A stretch of 64,000 nucleotides of DNA from Eledone cirrhosa. Taxonomy: Eukaryota. How positions within the stretch are numbered: the first letter of the stretch is position 1; every line of letters starts with the position of its first letter. Made by a program: the position numbers and the translations under genes. Positions 1 through 12,829 of the stretch are shown piece after piece. Location: assembly GCA_964016885.1 (NCBI GenBank), contig OZ024741.1:168082001-168146000 (forward strand). The letters are read 5' to 3'. The notes beneath the pieces are model-generated. The model ran no database searches and had not been told where the DNA came from. It saw only the letters and a program-made list of their open reading frames with translations.

Positions 1-214
1 GATATTATAATTGAAAACACTTTGCAACCATGCTGTGCCAAACTATAGGTTTTTCTTTATTATTCTCTTTCATTTGAGAGGCTGAGGCCATTTTTGAGAA
101 TGAAGAGAAACAATTGTAGAAGGGAAGCAAATGTATATTTGACTGGTTTTGGATGTCAGCATAATATGTGAAGACCAGTTTAACTCTTATCATCATATAC
201 TGCAGCAAACCACT

Positions 215-640
215 TTAGCAAGACGTTCTTAAAAAGTATAAAACAACACTTAACAATTTAAGGTCTTTACTCTAATACTGAAAACTTTCAAAGTGATCTG
301 CTTGCTAGGGAAAATTCTATAAGCATTAAATTAACAAACTACATGAAATCACATTAGCAAGATATCCTTGAAAAATACAAAATACCATTATGACTGCATT
401 TCCTTAAAAATTAGTCTTTACTCTAATACTGCAAAATTTCACAACAATGAAAGATGCTGTAAACATTGATATTAACAAATCACATGAAATCATATTAGCA
501 AGACATTCTTGAAAAATATAAAACAACCTAATGACTCCACACCACATTAACAATATAAGTATTTATTCAAATATTGCAAATTTTACAATCTGTCCAGTAG
601 TAAAGATACTTTACACAATTGAATTAATAAACCTGTTTTT
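215..640. repeat. Degenerate tandem repeat, ~140-bp period, ~3 copies
   Basis: TTAGCAAGA(C/T)...CTT..AAAA.TA.AAA recurs at ~215, ~355 and ~495, each followed by TTTA(C/T)TC.AATA(C/T)TG.AAA. Confidence 0.6.
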
Positions 641-929
641 AAATATATGCTGTGAAATCCTTGCAGAACTTACCAATTCAATGTTTAGTGCTGTGAGTGT
701 TCACTCAAGTCTATCTACACACACAAGTGAAAATTTATAGAAACACACATACATACATACACACACACAGTTTTAATGTTTTGGATTCTTTTTTTATTTA
801 TAAATTTATAGTTAAGAAATTATAGACGAATGTATATTTGTGCGAAAGGAAATAAAAGTATGTGTTTACACATACATACATAGTCATGCATACATACATA
901 CATTCTGCCATAAAACCCATTCTCCTTTC

Positions 930-1990
930 TGCTCAGGAAATCTGAAGGATACGTAATTGGCTCACAAGAAAACAGAAATATAAATCTAACCCATAGTTTC
1001 TTTGTGGATGACCTGAAACTCAATGCCAAGAACATAAGTGGGATGAAGAAAAATCTTGATCTGGTTACGACGTTCTCAAAGGATATAGGAATGGAGTTTG
1101 GCCAGGATAAATGTTCATATATGATTGTAAAGCGGGGAAAAACTACAACCCAATCTAGCAACATTTTAATCAATAGCCTGTCTCACCGATATCTGTCTCA
1201 CCGATATCTGACGAGAACTGCTATAGATACCTGGTGATAGATAGGAATATATCCTATGATGGTATCTGTAACAAAGAATGCATAAGCAAGGGATATTACA
1301 CCTGATTAAGAAAAATATGGTCATCTGAAATCTCTGCACACAATAAAACAGTGGCTCACAATGTGTTTGCAGAGCCTGTCCTAACACCAACATTTGGAAT
1401 ACTCAATTGGATGATAGACGATAGACAATATAATGATATGGGACAGGGAAAAGAAGGCATGCACAGTAATGGAAGTCAACTGCCCAGCAGATGCCAATAT
1501 AATATTAAAGATTAGTGTATAGGAGAATATCTATGCAGAACTAATGAAGAATCTGCAGATACTCCACCCTTACTATAATACTTTCAGATTTATACCTGTG
1601 ATTATTGGAGACCTGGGATATGTTAATAACTGCCTCAGTACAAATCTTGAGAAGCTAGGCATCACAGAAACAGAAGGAACACGACTAGTTAGGAAATTAC
1701 AGAGTACAATCCTTTAAAGGAATAGTAAAAACATGTAAAACATTCCAAAAATTTTGCATCTAATAACTGCATGTACACATGTACAGATACAAAATACATG
1801 CATATGCACACATATAATTAAAACTATATACATCCACTTGTACAATAATATCCATACCTGCACACACATGCAGACATGCATACATATCTACCTAGTTGAT
1901 GTTGTCTAAATTCCAATGAAAGTGTCTTGTATCTATGTTAGAAACTGACTCTCTCTCTATTGGTAAACATTTATAAAATTATAAAACCAG
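930..1990 (+). mobile_element. Decayed R4/Dong-like (RLE) non-LTR retrotransposon, 3' portion
   Basis: RT peptide NLTHSFFVDDLKL...TTFSKDIGMEFGQDKC; RLE-like remnants at 1450-1760 (MEVNCPAD, PVIIG.LG); 3' UTR resembles 11070-11170. Confidence 0.7.
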
Positions 1991-2489
1991 AAGAACATAC
2001 ATACATGCATATATTCACACATATATACATACATACATGGATATGTGCAGACATGCAAACACATACGTAGATACATACCTACATACATGAATATGAGCAT
2101 ACATACATACATGGTGGCTGCCAACTCGTTTTCGAGTACGGCCACTACTTTATAGCCATGTAGGAGAAGAACATACATACATACATGGATATGTGCATAC
2201 ATGCAAACACACACATAAATAGATAGATATGTTTCTTTATTAGCCACAGGGGCACAAAAGAAGGGGACAAATACAAAGGGGGAAGTTTACATACAATAAA
2301 AACGTGTAAAATATTATCACAAATGCAATTTAAAAAATTAGTCGATTTTCCCCAATAGGGGGAGACAGTTCATATGGGTAACACATACCCCCGAAAAAAT
2401 GTGCAACCCTCATCTCCAGGAGTACGAAGAGTTTGTACTCCTTTCCTCTCCTCCTCCTTTTCCTCAACCTACAAGCTGATATAGAGAGA

Positions 2490-5400
2490 AGGCCCATTCA
2501 CTCAGGCCATTCTCGCCACTTTCACCCACCTTTCATAAAACTTGATGGGGTACAGCACCTCTCTCTCCATCCTGATTCTTCTTCCAAAGTGGTATTTGAA
2601 AAAAGAATCAGTTGTTGGCTGGAGAGAAAGGTGTCTGACCTCAGCCCTTTAAACCTTGTCCACCATACAACCTCTTTCGCCATAGCTATCACACAAAGGA
2701 AAACTGCCTCTCCTTCGTTTTTGAAGGAGGGTGGCGGTTTGATCATGACAATGGACTCGGTGGTCAACCGGATTGGTCCCACCCGCGACAATAGTCGTTC
2801 TACTAAGCCCCACAGGTTGGTGACGCCCGGGCAGTGTATGAATGCGTGCGCGACGGTTTCTTTGTCTCGCACGCACCTCGAACAGATCTTTTTTTCAGAG
2901 TCCCTGCCCGGGCGCCCATGTCTGTAGAGCTTGTCTCGAACTGGTAGAGCTCCTCGGTAGCATTGTCAGGCCAGGGACTTTTGGAAGTTGTCCATTGGTC
3001 CCGGGCGGAAGGTCCTACCGAACAGACTGGCCAGTTCGCCTAGAGTTTCACCGAGCGCGTCGTTGCACTTGCTGTGGATCAACCCTCTATAGAATGACGA
3101 AGTGGATCTCCACTGATCGCCAGGTCCGCCTGCCAAAGGGTTGTGAGCGCCTGAGCACATTCGATGTGCCAGTCACCCATTTTCCTCGGTCTTTGCTTGA
3201 CCCAAGACTGCAGCTTGGTCAGCGAGATGAGTCGTGGGAAGGCTCGCCTCACGAACGGGGCCCACACCGGTTGTCCGGTGAGGAATACGTAGAGATGCCG
3301 CAGACTGAGCGCGTGTTTGCGCATCGTCAGCCACGGGATCCCCATCCCTCCATTGGAAGGGCATTGGCAGCAGATGGATCTTATCACCAAAGGATCCCGC
3401 CTCTTCCAAAGGAATTGGAAGAGCGCGCGCTCCATTTTGGCGAGCGTTTTGGCTGGACAAGGCACGACGGTCAAGCGGTAGTAGATGGCGGACGCTATAA
3501 AAGTGTTCGCCACCTCCTCTCGACTTTTCAAGGATAGTTTGCACTCGGCCCACTTCTGGGTGAGTGCAAACACCTTGGCCGTCACCTCGTTCCAGTTCTT
3601 CTCCACCTGGAGGTCCGGACCAAACCAGACCCCGAGCAGCTTTACAGGTCCTTCCGTCCAGCGTCCGACGACGCCATCGGAAGGCATCGGTTTGCCTCCC
3701 CACGATCCGAGTTGCAAACCGATGGACTTGTCCCAGTTCAGCTTCGCTCCTGTGAACCTTTCGTATTCCTTAGGTAAGGTGCCGACTTCCTCGATTTGCG
3801 AGGCGCTCGACAGCATTACTGTCACGTCGTTGGCGTAGGCCGACGCCGCTTTCCGCAGTCCTGGTTCCAGAAGGATGCCCTGCAATAGCTCCAACTTCCG
3901 TAGTAGTGGCTCGAGAGTCATTACGTACAGAAGGGAGGAGAGAGGGCATCCCTGTCGAATGGATCGCGTGATATGGAATGATTCCAAGAGGTAGCCGTTC
4001 ACCTTGACCGTTTGAGCAGATGTTCCTGTTATGAATTGCAGCAATCCAGCCCCTGAACACGGGTCCGAAACCTGCCGCCTCGAGCACCGCATCAAGGTAA
4101 CGATGGTCAACCCTATCGAAAGCCTTAGACTGATCCAAGTTGATCAGGGCCCCACCGAAGCCGGGTTTACACCCTACCCTCTCTATGATGTATCGCATGA
4201 GGTGGAGGTTGTCGTGTATGGACCTGGTCGGGATTGCGCATGTCTGCGCTTCTCCCACCAGGTTCTTGACGACAAGCGCCAGCCTCTTTGCCAACACCTT
4301 GGCCAAAGTCTGTAACTCTGTGTTTAGCAGAGTTATGGGCCGGAAGTTGCCTATGTCATCCCTCTTATTCTCGTCCTTCCTGACTAGGGTGACTACGCCC
4401 CCGGTCACAGAACTGGGAATTTTCCCGTTCTGTTGGCAGTTGCAGTAGACCACTTCCAGGAGACCGGAGAATAAGTCCGGCATTGCTACGTAAAATTTGT
4501 AGGGTAGACCGTCGAGACCTGGAGATTTGCGTTTGCCGCATTGGTTCAGCGCGTCCCCTATCTCAGCGGCTGAAATCGGCTTTTCGTAGAACTTTGCCTC
4601 GCTGTCCGAGAGTCGCGATAGGCTGTCGAAGTATGGACCGAAATCCATAGCCCCTCCCGGTGCGCCGCCCTGCCCGAACAGTTGAGCAAAGTGCCACTGA
4701 AAGGCCGCACACATATGCTTCGGCTCACGTATCACGCGTCCGTTTTGGTCCTTCCAAGACCAAATCGTGGACTTGTTACCACTTTTTGCCTCCGTCACTC
4801 GGGCCCAGCTAACAGCTTTGGCTCCCTCGTTTCCCAGAGCACGTATTTTGCTTCTGACAACGCAGCCCTCGTGCTTTGCGTCGAAGAACTGGTCCAAGGC
4901 CGTTCTCGTTGCTAGCACGCTGGCTACGTTGCCACTTCTAATTGCCTCTTCTACTTTATCTACCAGTTCCTTCTCGGTTCAATTTCTATCTAACGCTAAT
5001 TCTTTACTAAAAACTAACGAGTCTAATCTAACTGCCCTCTTGAGGGATTACCACCATCTGTTGTTGACAATGGCTCCTGTCAAGTGCTGTTTAACTAAAG
5101 TGCCAATTCGTCTACTGTAGGCTTTGCATGTCAGTAACGACAAGTTCAGCTTCCAGTAGCCGGGTCCTTGTCTATGGGTTCTATCAAGGTTGACCATGCA
5201 GGTCACTAGTTTGTGATCTGAATAGGCAACCATGAACATTTGTGGACATCTTAACATGTCCCTATCCTTATTTCTAACTAGAACCCTATCTAGGAACGAT
5301 CTAGATGTTCCGCTGCGATTAGTCCACGTCCACAGTGGCACAGTCGGAAAATCTAGTCGATATCTATCGGCCAGGTCAAATCGGCCGATTAACTGTTTGA

Positions 5401-5892
5401 GGATGTTACACCCCCCTTTATCGAGACATGCTCCCACATAGTCCCAACGTGCATCTAGGATTCCATTCCAGTCCCCCACTAAAAGCAAGGAGCGGGACGT
5501 TCCCAGAAAAGTCTCTAGACGTTTGAAGAAGTCTGGCCGCGGTGTCCCGGATGGGGCATATGCGGCCACCAGCCTGAAGGCTCCACCTTCACTACCGTCA
5601 ACGTCTAGGACCACTAGCCGACCCTCCGGGTCCAGATGTACCGTCTGTGTTACGAGGCCCAGGTGTTTCCGCAGCAAAACGGCAACTCCGCCCCCACCCC
5701 CGGCTGACAGAGAGATGCGTAGATCTCAAAGTCATCGAAAATGGGGGCCAGCTGTCGCTCGCTGTGGATCCTGGACTCGCAAATGGCTACTACATCCATA
5801 CTGTGCGACCTGAGGTCGTTTAAGAGTTTGCCCTGTTTCCAGGGAATCCCCAGGCCGCGTACATTCACACACCCAACTCTTATATTGGTCAT
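2490..5892 (-). pseudogene. Tx1/L1 ORF2 (APE endonuclease + RT + zinc finger), broken into ORFs 5650-5892, 5048-5677, 3770-4918, 3079-4110, 2522-2872
   Basis: VGCVNVRGL, LLVGDWN, SFLDRVLV, YSDH, GPGYWKLN (APE); KSPGLDGLP, NFRPITLLN, LDQSKAFDRVDH, IRQGCPLS, AYANDV (RT); ETVAHAFIHC. Confidence 0.92.
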
Positions 5893-7441
5893 GTTGGTTC
5901 TGAAAAGTTAAAAGAGGAGAAGAAAACACTCCCCTCTTCGTCTCCCGGGGATCAGGCTGCACAGTTTCCATGGGGGTGTTAGAGGAGTTGTCTGGGTGGG
6001 TGGTGGTTTCCGGCGGGGTGGGGATGGAGATGTTTGGTGGGGTGGGAGTGTCTGGGGTGAGGGTGGGGAAACTTTTTAAAAGGACGCGGTTAATGGGTTT
6101 AACACAAGGATTACCCACGTCCTTAGGAAAGTTTTCCTTTAAAGACTTATAGGTGTCCGTAGGGACCCTAATCATCTTTAAATTAGGTTTGTCTACACAG
6201 TTCAAAAAAGTTTCCCCTTCGGTGAAAACCGAAGGGTCGTTGGAGATGACCTCCATTAAAGTTTTGTTTTTACTGTTTATGTATGTGTAATGTTCTTGTG
6301 TTGCGGTGGTTTTTGTCTGTAGGTGTTTGTGTTTGGAGTGATATCGTGGTTTTTGTTTTCGGGACGGGGGTTTTGTTTGTAATGTTTGTGTTGTTTGTGT
6401 TGGTGGATGTATGTTTGTAGTGATGTTTGTTGTTTTTTTTGTTCTTGTGGTGTCTTTTCTTCTTTCTTTTCGAACGGAGAGGCTCTCCCTCATCTTCACT
6501 TGGTGATGATGTGGGGGCCTCGTCCGTTGTGGTGTCTGTGTTATTTGGAAGGGGTATGTTTTGGGGAGCTGTTGTGTTTGTGGGTGTTTTTGCAATGGTT
6601 TTAGGTGGAGTGGTGTTGAGTGGGACTGTGCTTGCAGGTTGGTTTGTTGTTCTTGTTTTGGTTGTGTTTGCGTGTTGTTGTTGTTGTTGTTGCGGTGGTG
6701 GTGGTGGTGGTGGTGGTGGTGGTTGTGTTGTTGTTTTGGGTGTTGGCAGTAGTGCCTCTTTTTTGTTTTTAGTTAACTGAGGACAGTAAGCCTTCAGGTG
6801 ACCACTGCTTAAACAGTGGTAACATGAAGGCCGCCTACCCTCAACAGAAATGTTTATGTGTGAAATTCCATCCAGAGGCACACGTTGGGGGTATTTTAGC
6901 TATCCGTTCTGGCCTCATTTGGACCAGAACTTCCATGCTTGTACCATTGAATGTGCCTCTGGAGGACTTTCCCACCGAAATGATGGTGTCTTCGTCGAAA
7001 TCGATGAAGCCAGTTAGAATCCACGAGACGTTTCCATTTGGTGCAATGTTCAAATTTTTTATTTTTTTAGTTCTTTTTCCCATATATGTGGGGAAAAAGG
7101 TGTAAAGGGGGGACACAATCGGCGATACAGAATATTTTTGTGCTGTCAATTGGTCTTTCAACAACACTGAAATGCTTCCAAAAAGTTTCCCTTTTTGGAT
7201 GAAGGCAATATCCTTCATGGAATTCTTCAGAACCAGTTCAATATCATTTTGGGATAACTGAACTGGTTTTTTCGACACATTTGAAACCGTCCTAAAAGAT
7301 ACTGTTTTTAGAACAGTTTCTCTGTGTAACTGTTGAGGAGAAGTGATGCTGAAAGCACCACTCTCACTAAAAGTTACGTACTGTTTTGCATCGCTTAACA
7401 TTTCCCTAGCATTGGAAATGTCAAGGTATGTAAACAGTTCC

Positions 7442-8494
7442 GGGCGATATCCAATTTTAGCGGCCTAAATGCCGCTTACTTGCTGTAGTTGCTGCTTACT
7501 TCAATGTATGAGGCTATTCCAACAAATTTACATTCCCTTTTTTTTAGCCGTTAAAAGAAATATAGATTTATTTATTGTTTTTTTTTTTGCGATTTATTTG
7601 CCACTGGGGCATAGATTTCTTTATTTGCCACGTTTTTGTTTGTTTGTTTGTTTGTTTTTTTGCGATTTATTAGCCTTTTGGGGTCACACACACCCCCGTA
7701 GAAAGTGTGCGACCTTTCTGCCAGGGAGCACAGAGAGAGGGGGTGCTCCCTTCTTCTCTTACCTGTACAAACCATTTGTTGGCCGGCGACATATCCCCAC
7801 AGTTACCTCGTTCTTTCATACTTATCTTCTTCAACTACACATTGATATTTGTCTTACTGTGGAGAAGGAATTAGAAACAGTTTTATCAAAATTCACTGCT
7901 ATTCGGGAACATACAAAGCGAAATTTGGGTGACATACCAACTTCTGTTGATAATATAAGGAAAGAAATCAGTGAAGGTATTTATTACATTTTGATTGCAT
8001 TTTTATTACAACCACTAATACTTACTATTATACCGAGGGGCCCTGCCCGTTCGGGAAAGGCTCTACAGACACGGATTCCGGGACGGAAACCCCTTGGAAA
8101 AGAAATGTCCCAGATGCGTTTGCAACGAGGAAACTGTGGGGATATGTCGCCGGCCAACAAATGGTTTGTACAGGTAAGAGAAGAAGGGAGCACCCCCCCC
8201 TCTCTCTGTGCTCCCTGGCAGAAAGGTCGCACACTTTCTACGGGTGTGTGTGACCCCAAAAGGCTAATAAATCGCAAAATAACAAACAAACAAACAAACA
8301 AAAACGTGGCAAATAAAGAAATCTATGCCCCAGTGGCAAATGAATCGCAAAAAAAAAACAATAAATAAATCTATATTTCTTTTAACGGCTAAAAAAAAGG
8401 GAATGTAAATTTGTTGGAATAGCCTCATACATTGAAGTAAGTAGCAACTACAGCAAGTAAGTGGCATTTAGACCGCTAAAATTGGATATCGCCC
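7442..8494. mobile_element. Non-autonomous foldback/TIR element with ~370-bp inverted arms (7442-7812, 8124-8494) and 6-bp TSD AGTTCC
   Basis: Ends GGGCGATATCC...GGATATCGCCC; AGTTCC at 7436-7441 and 8495-8500. Confidence 0.9.
7841..7976 (+). pseudogene. RMND5: Captured host exon resembling the RMND5/GID2 N-terminus
   Basis: IDICLTVEKELETVLSKF...IRKEISE versus recalled human RMND5A MDQCVTVERELEKVLHKF; ends at GAAG|GTATTT donor. Confidence 0.65.
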
Positions 8495-9081
8495 AGTTCC
8501 GTCTTTTGGACGGTTTGAGCAAAAGAAATCTTTTCCTTGTTCGTGTTGCTATTGTTGTTGGTGGTGTTGTTGTTATCATTGTTGTTGTTGGTGGTGGTGG
8601 TGGTGGTGGTGTTGTTGTTATCATTGTTGCTGTTGTTGTTCTTGTTGTCATTGTTGTTGTTGTTCTGGTTGGTGTTGTTTATATTTTGCATGTTATTGGT
8701 GTTTGTGTTAGTGTTGATGTTACAATCAACGTCCGACATCGTGTTTTCAAAACTGACGACATTTTCGATGTCTTTCAATGAGGTGGTGAGAGGAGGTGAC
8801 TGCGAGCTTAACACTCTTACCGCCTCTCCACCACTTCTAGTTATGAACTGAATGCAAGGTTTGTTTACACTTTTCTTTTCACCGGCGAAATTTTTTTCAA
8901 AACGAAAATTTCACCCCAGGGAGGGGTGAAGATGACTTGACCCACCGTCTGAAAGTCCAGACGTGGGGTCAAGCGATAAAATAGTAATAAACTTAACAAT
9001 AATTTTTTGATTTCTTACTTAGAAAATCAACAAAAACTTACCAGCGAACTGGCACACGTCTCAAGTAAAACCAGATAGATA

Positions 9082-9645
9082 TGTTTCTTTTATTTGCCAC
9101 CAGGGCATCAAAAGTGAGACAAGTACAATAGGGGGAGTTTACAAAACAAGGCGTCCTCAATAAGGAGGAGGCAATAACAATATATAAAAATAGAATAAAA
9201 TATAACAAAAAATAAAATTTATAACAAAGTCCTCAATAGGGAGGAGGCGCCTTGGGGGGTCGCACACCCCCCCGAAAAAAAGTGTGCAACCCTTCTCCTC
9301 AGGAGTACAGAGAAGGGGTGCTCCCTTGGTCTTTCATCTTCCTCACCTATAGTCTGATTTAGAGTGGAGGCCCATTCACACGGGCCATTCTCGCCACTTT
9401 CACCCATCTTTCATAAAAACGGCTAGGGTGCAGCACCTCTCTCTCCATCCTGATCCTTCTTCTAAATGATATCGGAAGAAACGGACCAGTTGTTGGCCAG
9501 AGAGAAAGGTGTCTGACCTCAGTCCTTTCAGACGCGTCCACCATACAACCTCTTTCACCATGGCTATTACGCACAGAAACACCGCCTCTCCTTCGTTTTT
9601 GAAGAGGGGAGGCGACTTGATCATTACAATAGACTCGGTGGTCAT
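9082..9645 (-). mobile_element. 5'-truncated Tx1/L1 copy with 17-bp TSD
   Basis: TTESIVMIK..KNEGEAVFLCVIAM matches ORF2 C-terminus; GTAAAACCAGATAGATA at 9065-9081 and 9646-9662. Confidence 0.88.
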
Positions 9646-9654
9646 GTAAAACCA

Positions 9655-9655
9655 G

Positions 9656-9750
<95 letters not shown>
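9655..9750 (+). repeat. (GATA)n microsatellite
   Basis: Near-pure AGAT array. Confidence 0.95.
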
Positions 9751-9751
<1 letters not shown>

Positions 9752-9762
9752 ACACATAGATA

Positions 9763-11019
9763 TATTTCTTTATTTACCATAAAGGCATAAAAAGAAGGGA
9801 CAAATACAAAGGGGGAGTTTACATACAATCGAGTAAAAAGGGTATAAAATGAAAATAATCGAAAACAACCTCAAAAGGGAGGGGACGTGATGGGGGTTGC
9901 ACACACCCCCGAAAAAGTGTGCAATCCTTTGCCCGGGGAGCACATGGAAAAGGTGCTCCCCTCTCCTTCACTTCTTTACCTACAGGATGGTATACAGAGA
10001 AGGCCCATTTACACGAGCCATTCTCGCCACTATCACCCACCTTTCATAAAACTGGCTGTGGCCAAGCACCTCTCTCTCCATTCTTATCCTTCTTCCGAAG
10101 TGATATCGGAAGAAGTAGACCAGACTATGGCCAGAGAGGAAGTTGCCTGACCTCAGACCTTTCAATCGTGTCCACCAAACAACCTCTTTCAACATGGCTA
10201 TTACGCACAGAAAAACCGCCTTTGCTTCCTTTGTGAAGAGGGAGGCGGTTTGATTGTCATCACGGACTCGGCGGTCAATCGAATCGGCGCCACCCGCGAC
10301 AGCAGTTGTTCGGCGTAGCCCCACAGATCAGCCACGCCCGGACATTGCACCAATGCGTGCGCAACGGTTTCTTCGTGACGCACGCATCTAGGGCAAATCT
10401 TTTTCGAGGGATCCCTGCCCGGGCGCCCGTGTCTGTAGATCCTCTCTCGAACGGGTAGAGCCCCCCGGTAGCACTGCCAGGCTAGTGACTTCTGGAAGTT
10501 GTCCATTGGTCCCGGGCCGAAAGTCCTACCGAACAGGCTGGCCAGTTCGTCCTTCTCCATGTCCAGCGACTCTCCAAGGGTGTCATCGCCCCTGCTAACC
10601 ACCAGCCTTCTATAGAATGATGAGGTGGATTCTCCACCGATGGCCTGGCCCGCTTGCCAGAGAGCCCTGAGCGCCTGAGCACACTCAGTGTGCCAGTCTC
10701 CCAGTTTTCCGGATCTTTGCTTGACCCAGGACTGCAGCTAGGTGAGCGAGACGAGTCTTGGAAAGGCTCGTTTCACGAACGGAGCCCACACCGGTTGACC
10801 AGTGAGGAATACCTGTAGGTGCCGTAGCCTTAATGCGTGCCTACGCATCATCAACCACGGCATCCCCAGCCCTCCTTTCGAAGGTTGTTGGCAGCAGATG
10901 GATCTTCTCACCATAGGAGGGCGCTTCTTCCAAAGAAATTGGAAGAGCATGCGTTCCATGGTGGTGAGTGTTTCCTTAGGGCAAGGCACGACAGTCAGGC
11001 GGTAGTAAGTGACGGACGC
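9763..11019 (-). mobile_element. 5'-truncated Tx1/L1 copy (sister subfamily) with ~22-bp TSD
   Basis: YYRLTVVPCP...GGLGMP, CPRCVRHEETVAHALVQC; TAGATA(G/C)ATAAACACATAGATA at 9741 and 11020. Confidence 0.88.
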
Positions 11020-11312
11020 TAGATACATAAACACATAGATAGATACATAAACACATACATACATACACATGTAGTTAATGATGTCTAAACTCCAGTGTTG
11101 GCACTTTATTTTGAATGTTAGAAGTTGGCCCTTTCTTTATAGGAGAGAAATTTAGAAATAAATCCAGAATTGTACACATGCCTACGCACTCTCTCTCTCA
11201 CACACATACTCAATATATATTTCAAGTATTAAACTAGTATATTTCTTCCTTGTACTCTGCCATTTGTTTTGTTATTTTTGTTATTACTTTTACATACATT
11301 CATATATATTTA

Positions 11313-11432
11313 TAGGAGAAAAGTAAGATCCCGACTGCAGAGCTCAAGCCGTTTTGACGGCTCTTTCTGGACTAAAGTGACTACTCTGGTGCGTTATGGT
11401 CGATTTGGTTCCTTACCACAACTCCTTCGTTA
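11313..11432. mobile_element. Short (TA)n-inserted element; same family as 39312-39505, 48523-48729, 50477-50683 and fragment 33250-33293
   Basis: Shared GAGCTCAAGCCGTTT.GACGGCT and GGTGCGTTATGGTC...CCTTCGTT-(AT)n. Confidence 0.7.
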
Positions 11433-11502
11433 TATATATATATATATAAAATAAAATAATTAAGTAAAATATTTAAAATTTGGCTTCGTTTATTAAAGGT
11501 GT

Positions 11503-11557
11503 ACTGCTATATATATTTCGGTGACAGCCATCCTTGACTGTGACCTCTTCAGGCAGT
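11503..11557 (-). ncRNA. Type I hammerhead ribozyme
   Basis: ACTGC-CTGAAGA-[GGTCACAGTC/GGCTGTCACC]-GAAA-TATATA-TA-GCAGT. Confidence 0.8.
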
Positions 11558-12829
11558 CCGAATTGGTGTGGTACAGACAGGTACATATGTTGTTGAAGTG
11601 TTTAACTCCGTCAATACTCTGATATGCCCAGTTCCTGGTTGCGTTGTTATTTCTCTGAGGAACTGGAATCATATGAATTCGAACAAACGAATTTTGGCGT
11701 CAAAGGACACTCTCTCCTCTCATTGGTCAGTTGTGAGAACATTCACCTTTACTTTAGAATACCCTGACCATTGAGTTCTCTCGGTTAGTAAATAGTTAGA
11801 TTAGTACACACTCAGTTAAGACCGGTTACGCTCCATGTACATGACTCTACACACAGTACCCGGTTTCTTTAGACACGGAGTTCCCACAGTTATGACTGGT
11901 CACGATCCTATCAATTGAACACTACACTAGGTTTTGATCCGTGATCATCTAACCATGGAGTGCTCACGGTTACTGATTGGACAATATTACTTACACACCA
12001 TTAATGGGCTTACACACATCCTCGGGTTTTGCTATTTTTTTTTATTTTATTTTATTTTATTTCTGTGTTGGGTAACACACCTCCACCACTCAAACACCTA
12101 TCTTAAAAGCCCAATGGCCCATTTGACGGGAAAACACACATACTGACACCTTAACTCAAATACCCAACCCTACACAGAGCCCCTTGGTGGCCTACATGGC
12201 GGTTGCTTGCACGCACAGATTTGGGGACTCAGATTCTCAATGGAACAACGGCACATACAGAGTTCGATATGAGCTGACTACTTGCTCTTCACATGGATGA
12301 GTATATACTAAAAAAAAATACACTTTTTTAGACGATACGGATGTGTATATACCAAAACATACACTATTTACAATTCAATCGATACACGTATAGCAGAACA
12401 TTGAACTGAATTTACTTGCGTGCGTGTAGGATTGCGGTTGACCCAATTTCTCCAATTTACATCGTCAAATGGAGATTTGACCAATATAACATTTGTTGTT
12501 TTGTAAACTAACTTTAGGTGAATACTATGTTGGTGTGTATATATATTTTTTCTTCGACCTCGTGTCGGTGTGTGTGAGTGTGTGTGTGAGTGTGTGTGTA
12601 CTCACTCACACTAACTGTCACCGACTGTAATTCTAAAGATTTGATGCTGAGATTAGACCCGTCCAGCGTCTTTTACAGCTATTGAGAGATAGAGACTTGA
12701 TAGTTTTATGACCCTAACTGAAGACGATAGATAGTGTTTTGGCTGCTTGATCTTCATATCGGGGACAAAACTCTAGTGAGTGAACATCGTTAAATTTTTC
12801 TCCCTCATATCAAGGATTTGAAGACAATT

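Larger units (their letters stand above)
5900..8814 (-). pseudogene. Tx1/L1 ORF1 (gag-like CCHC knuckle), split by the 7442-8494 insertion
   Basis: CYHCLSSGHLKAYC knuckle; removing the insert and one TSD restores the frame ...FAQTVQKTE-LFTYLDISNAREMLSDAKQY... Confidence 0.85.
2230..9064 (-). mobile_element. Near full-length Tx1/L1-clade LINE, frameshifted, ORF1 interrupted by an insertion
   Basis: ORF1 with zinc knuckle; ORF2 with APE endonuclease, RT and C-terminal Cys/His motif; 3' end AATAAAGAAAC abuts (TATC)n. Confidence 0.93.

Noticed and set aside
5-208. 67-aa ORF at the window start
   Set aside because: No recognisable motif or convincing splice signals
2433-5813. Plus-strand ORFs overlapping the LINE
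   Set aside because: Antisense shadows of the GC-richer ORF2
7469-8368. 299-aa ORF across the foldback element
   Set aside because: Chance read-through of arm, captured exon and out-of-frame LINE sequence; no transposase motifs
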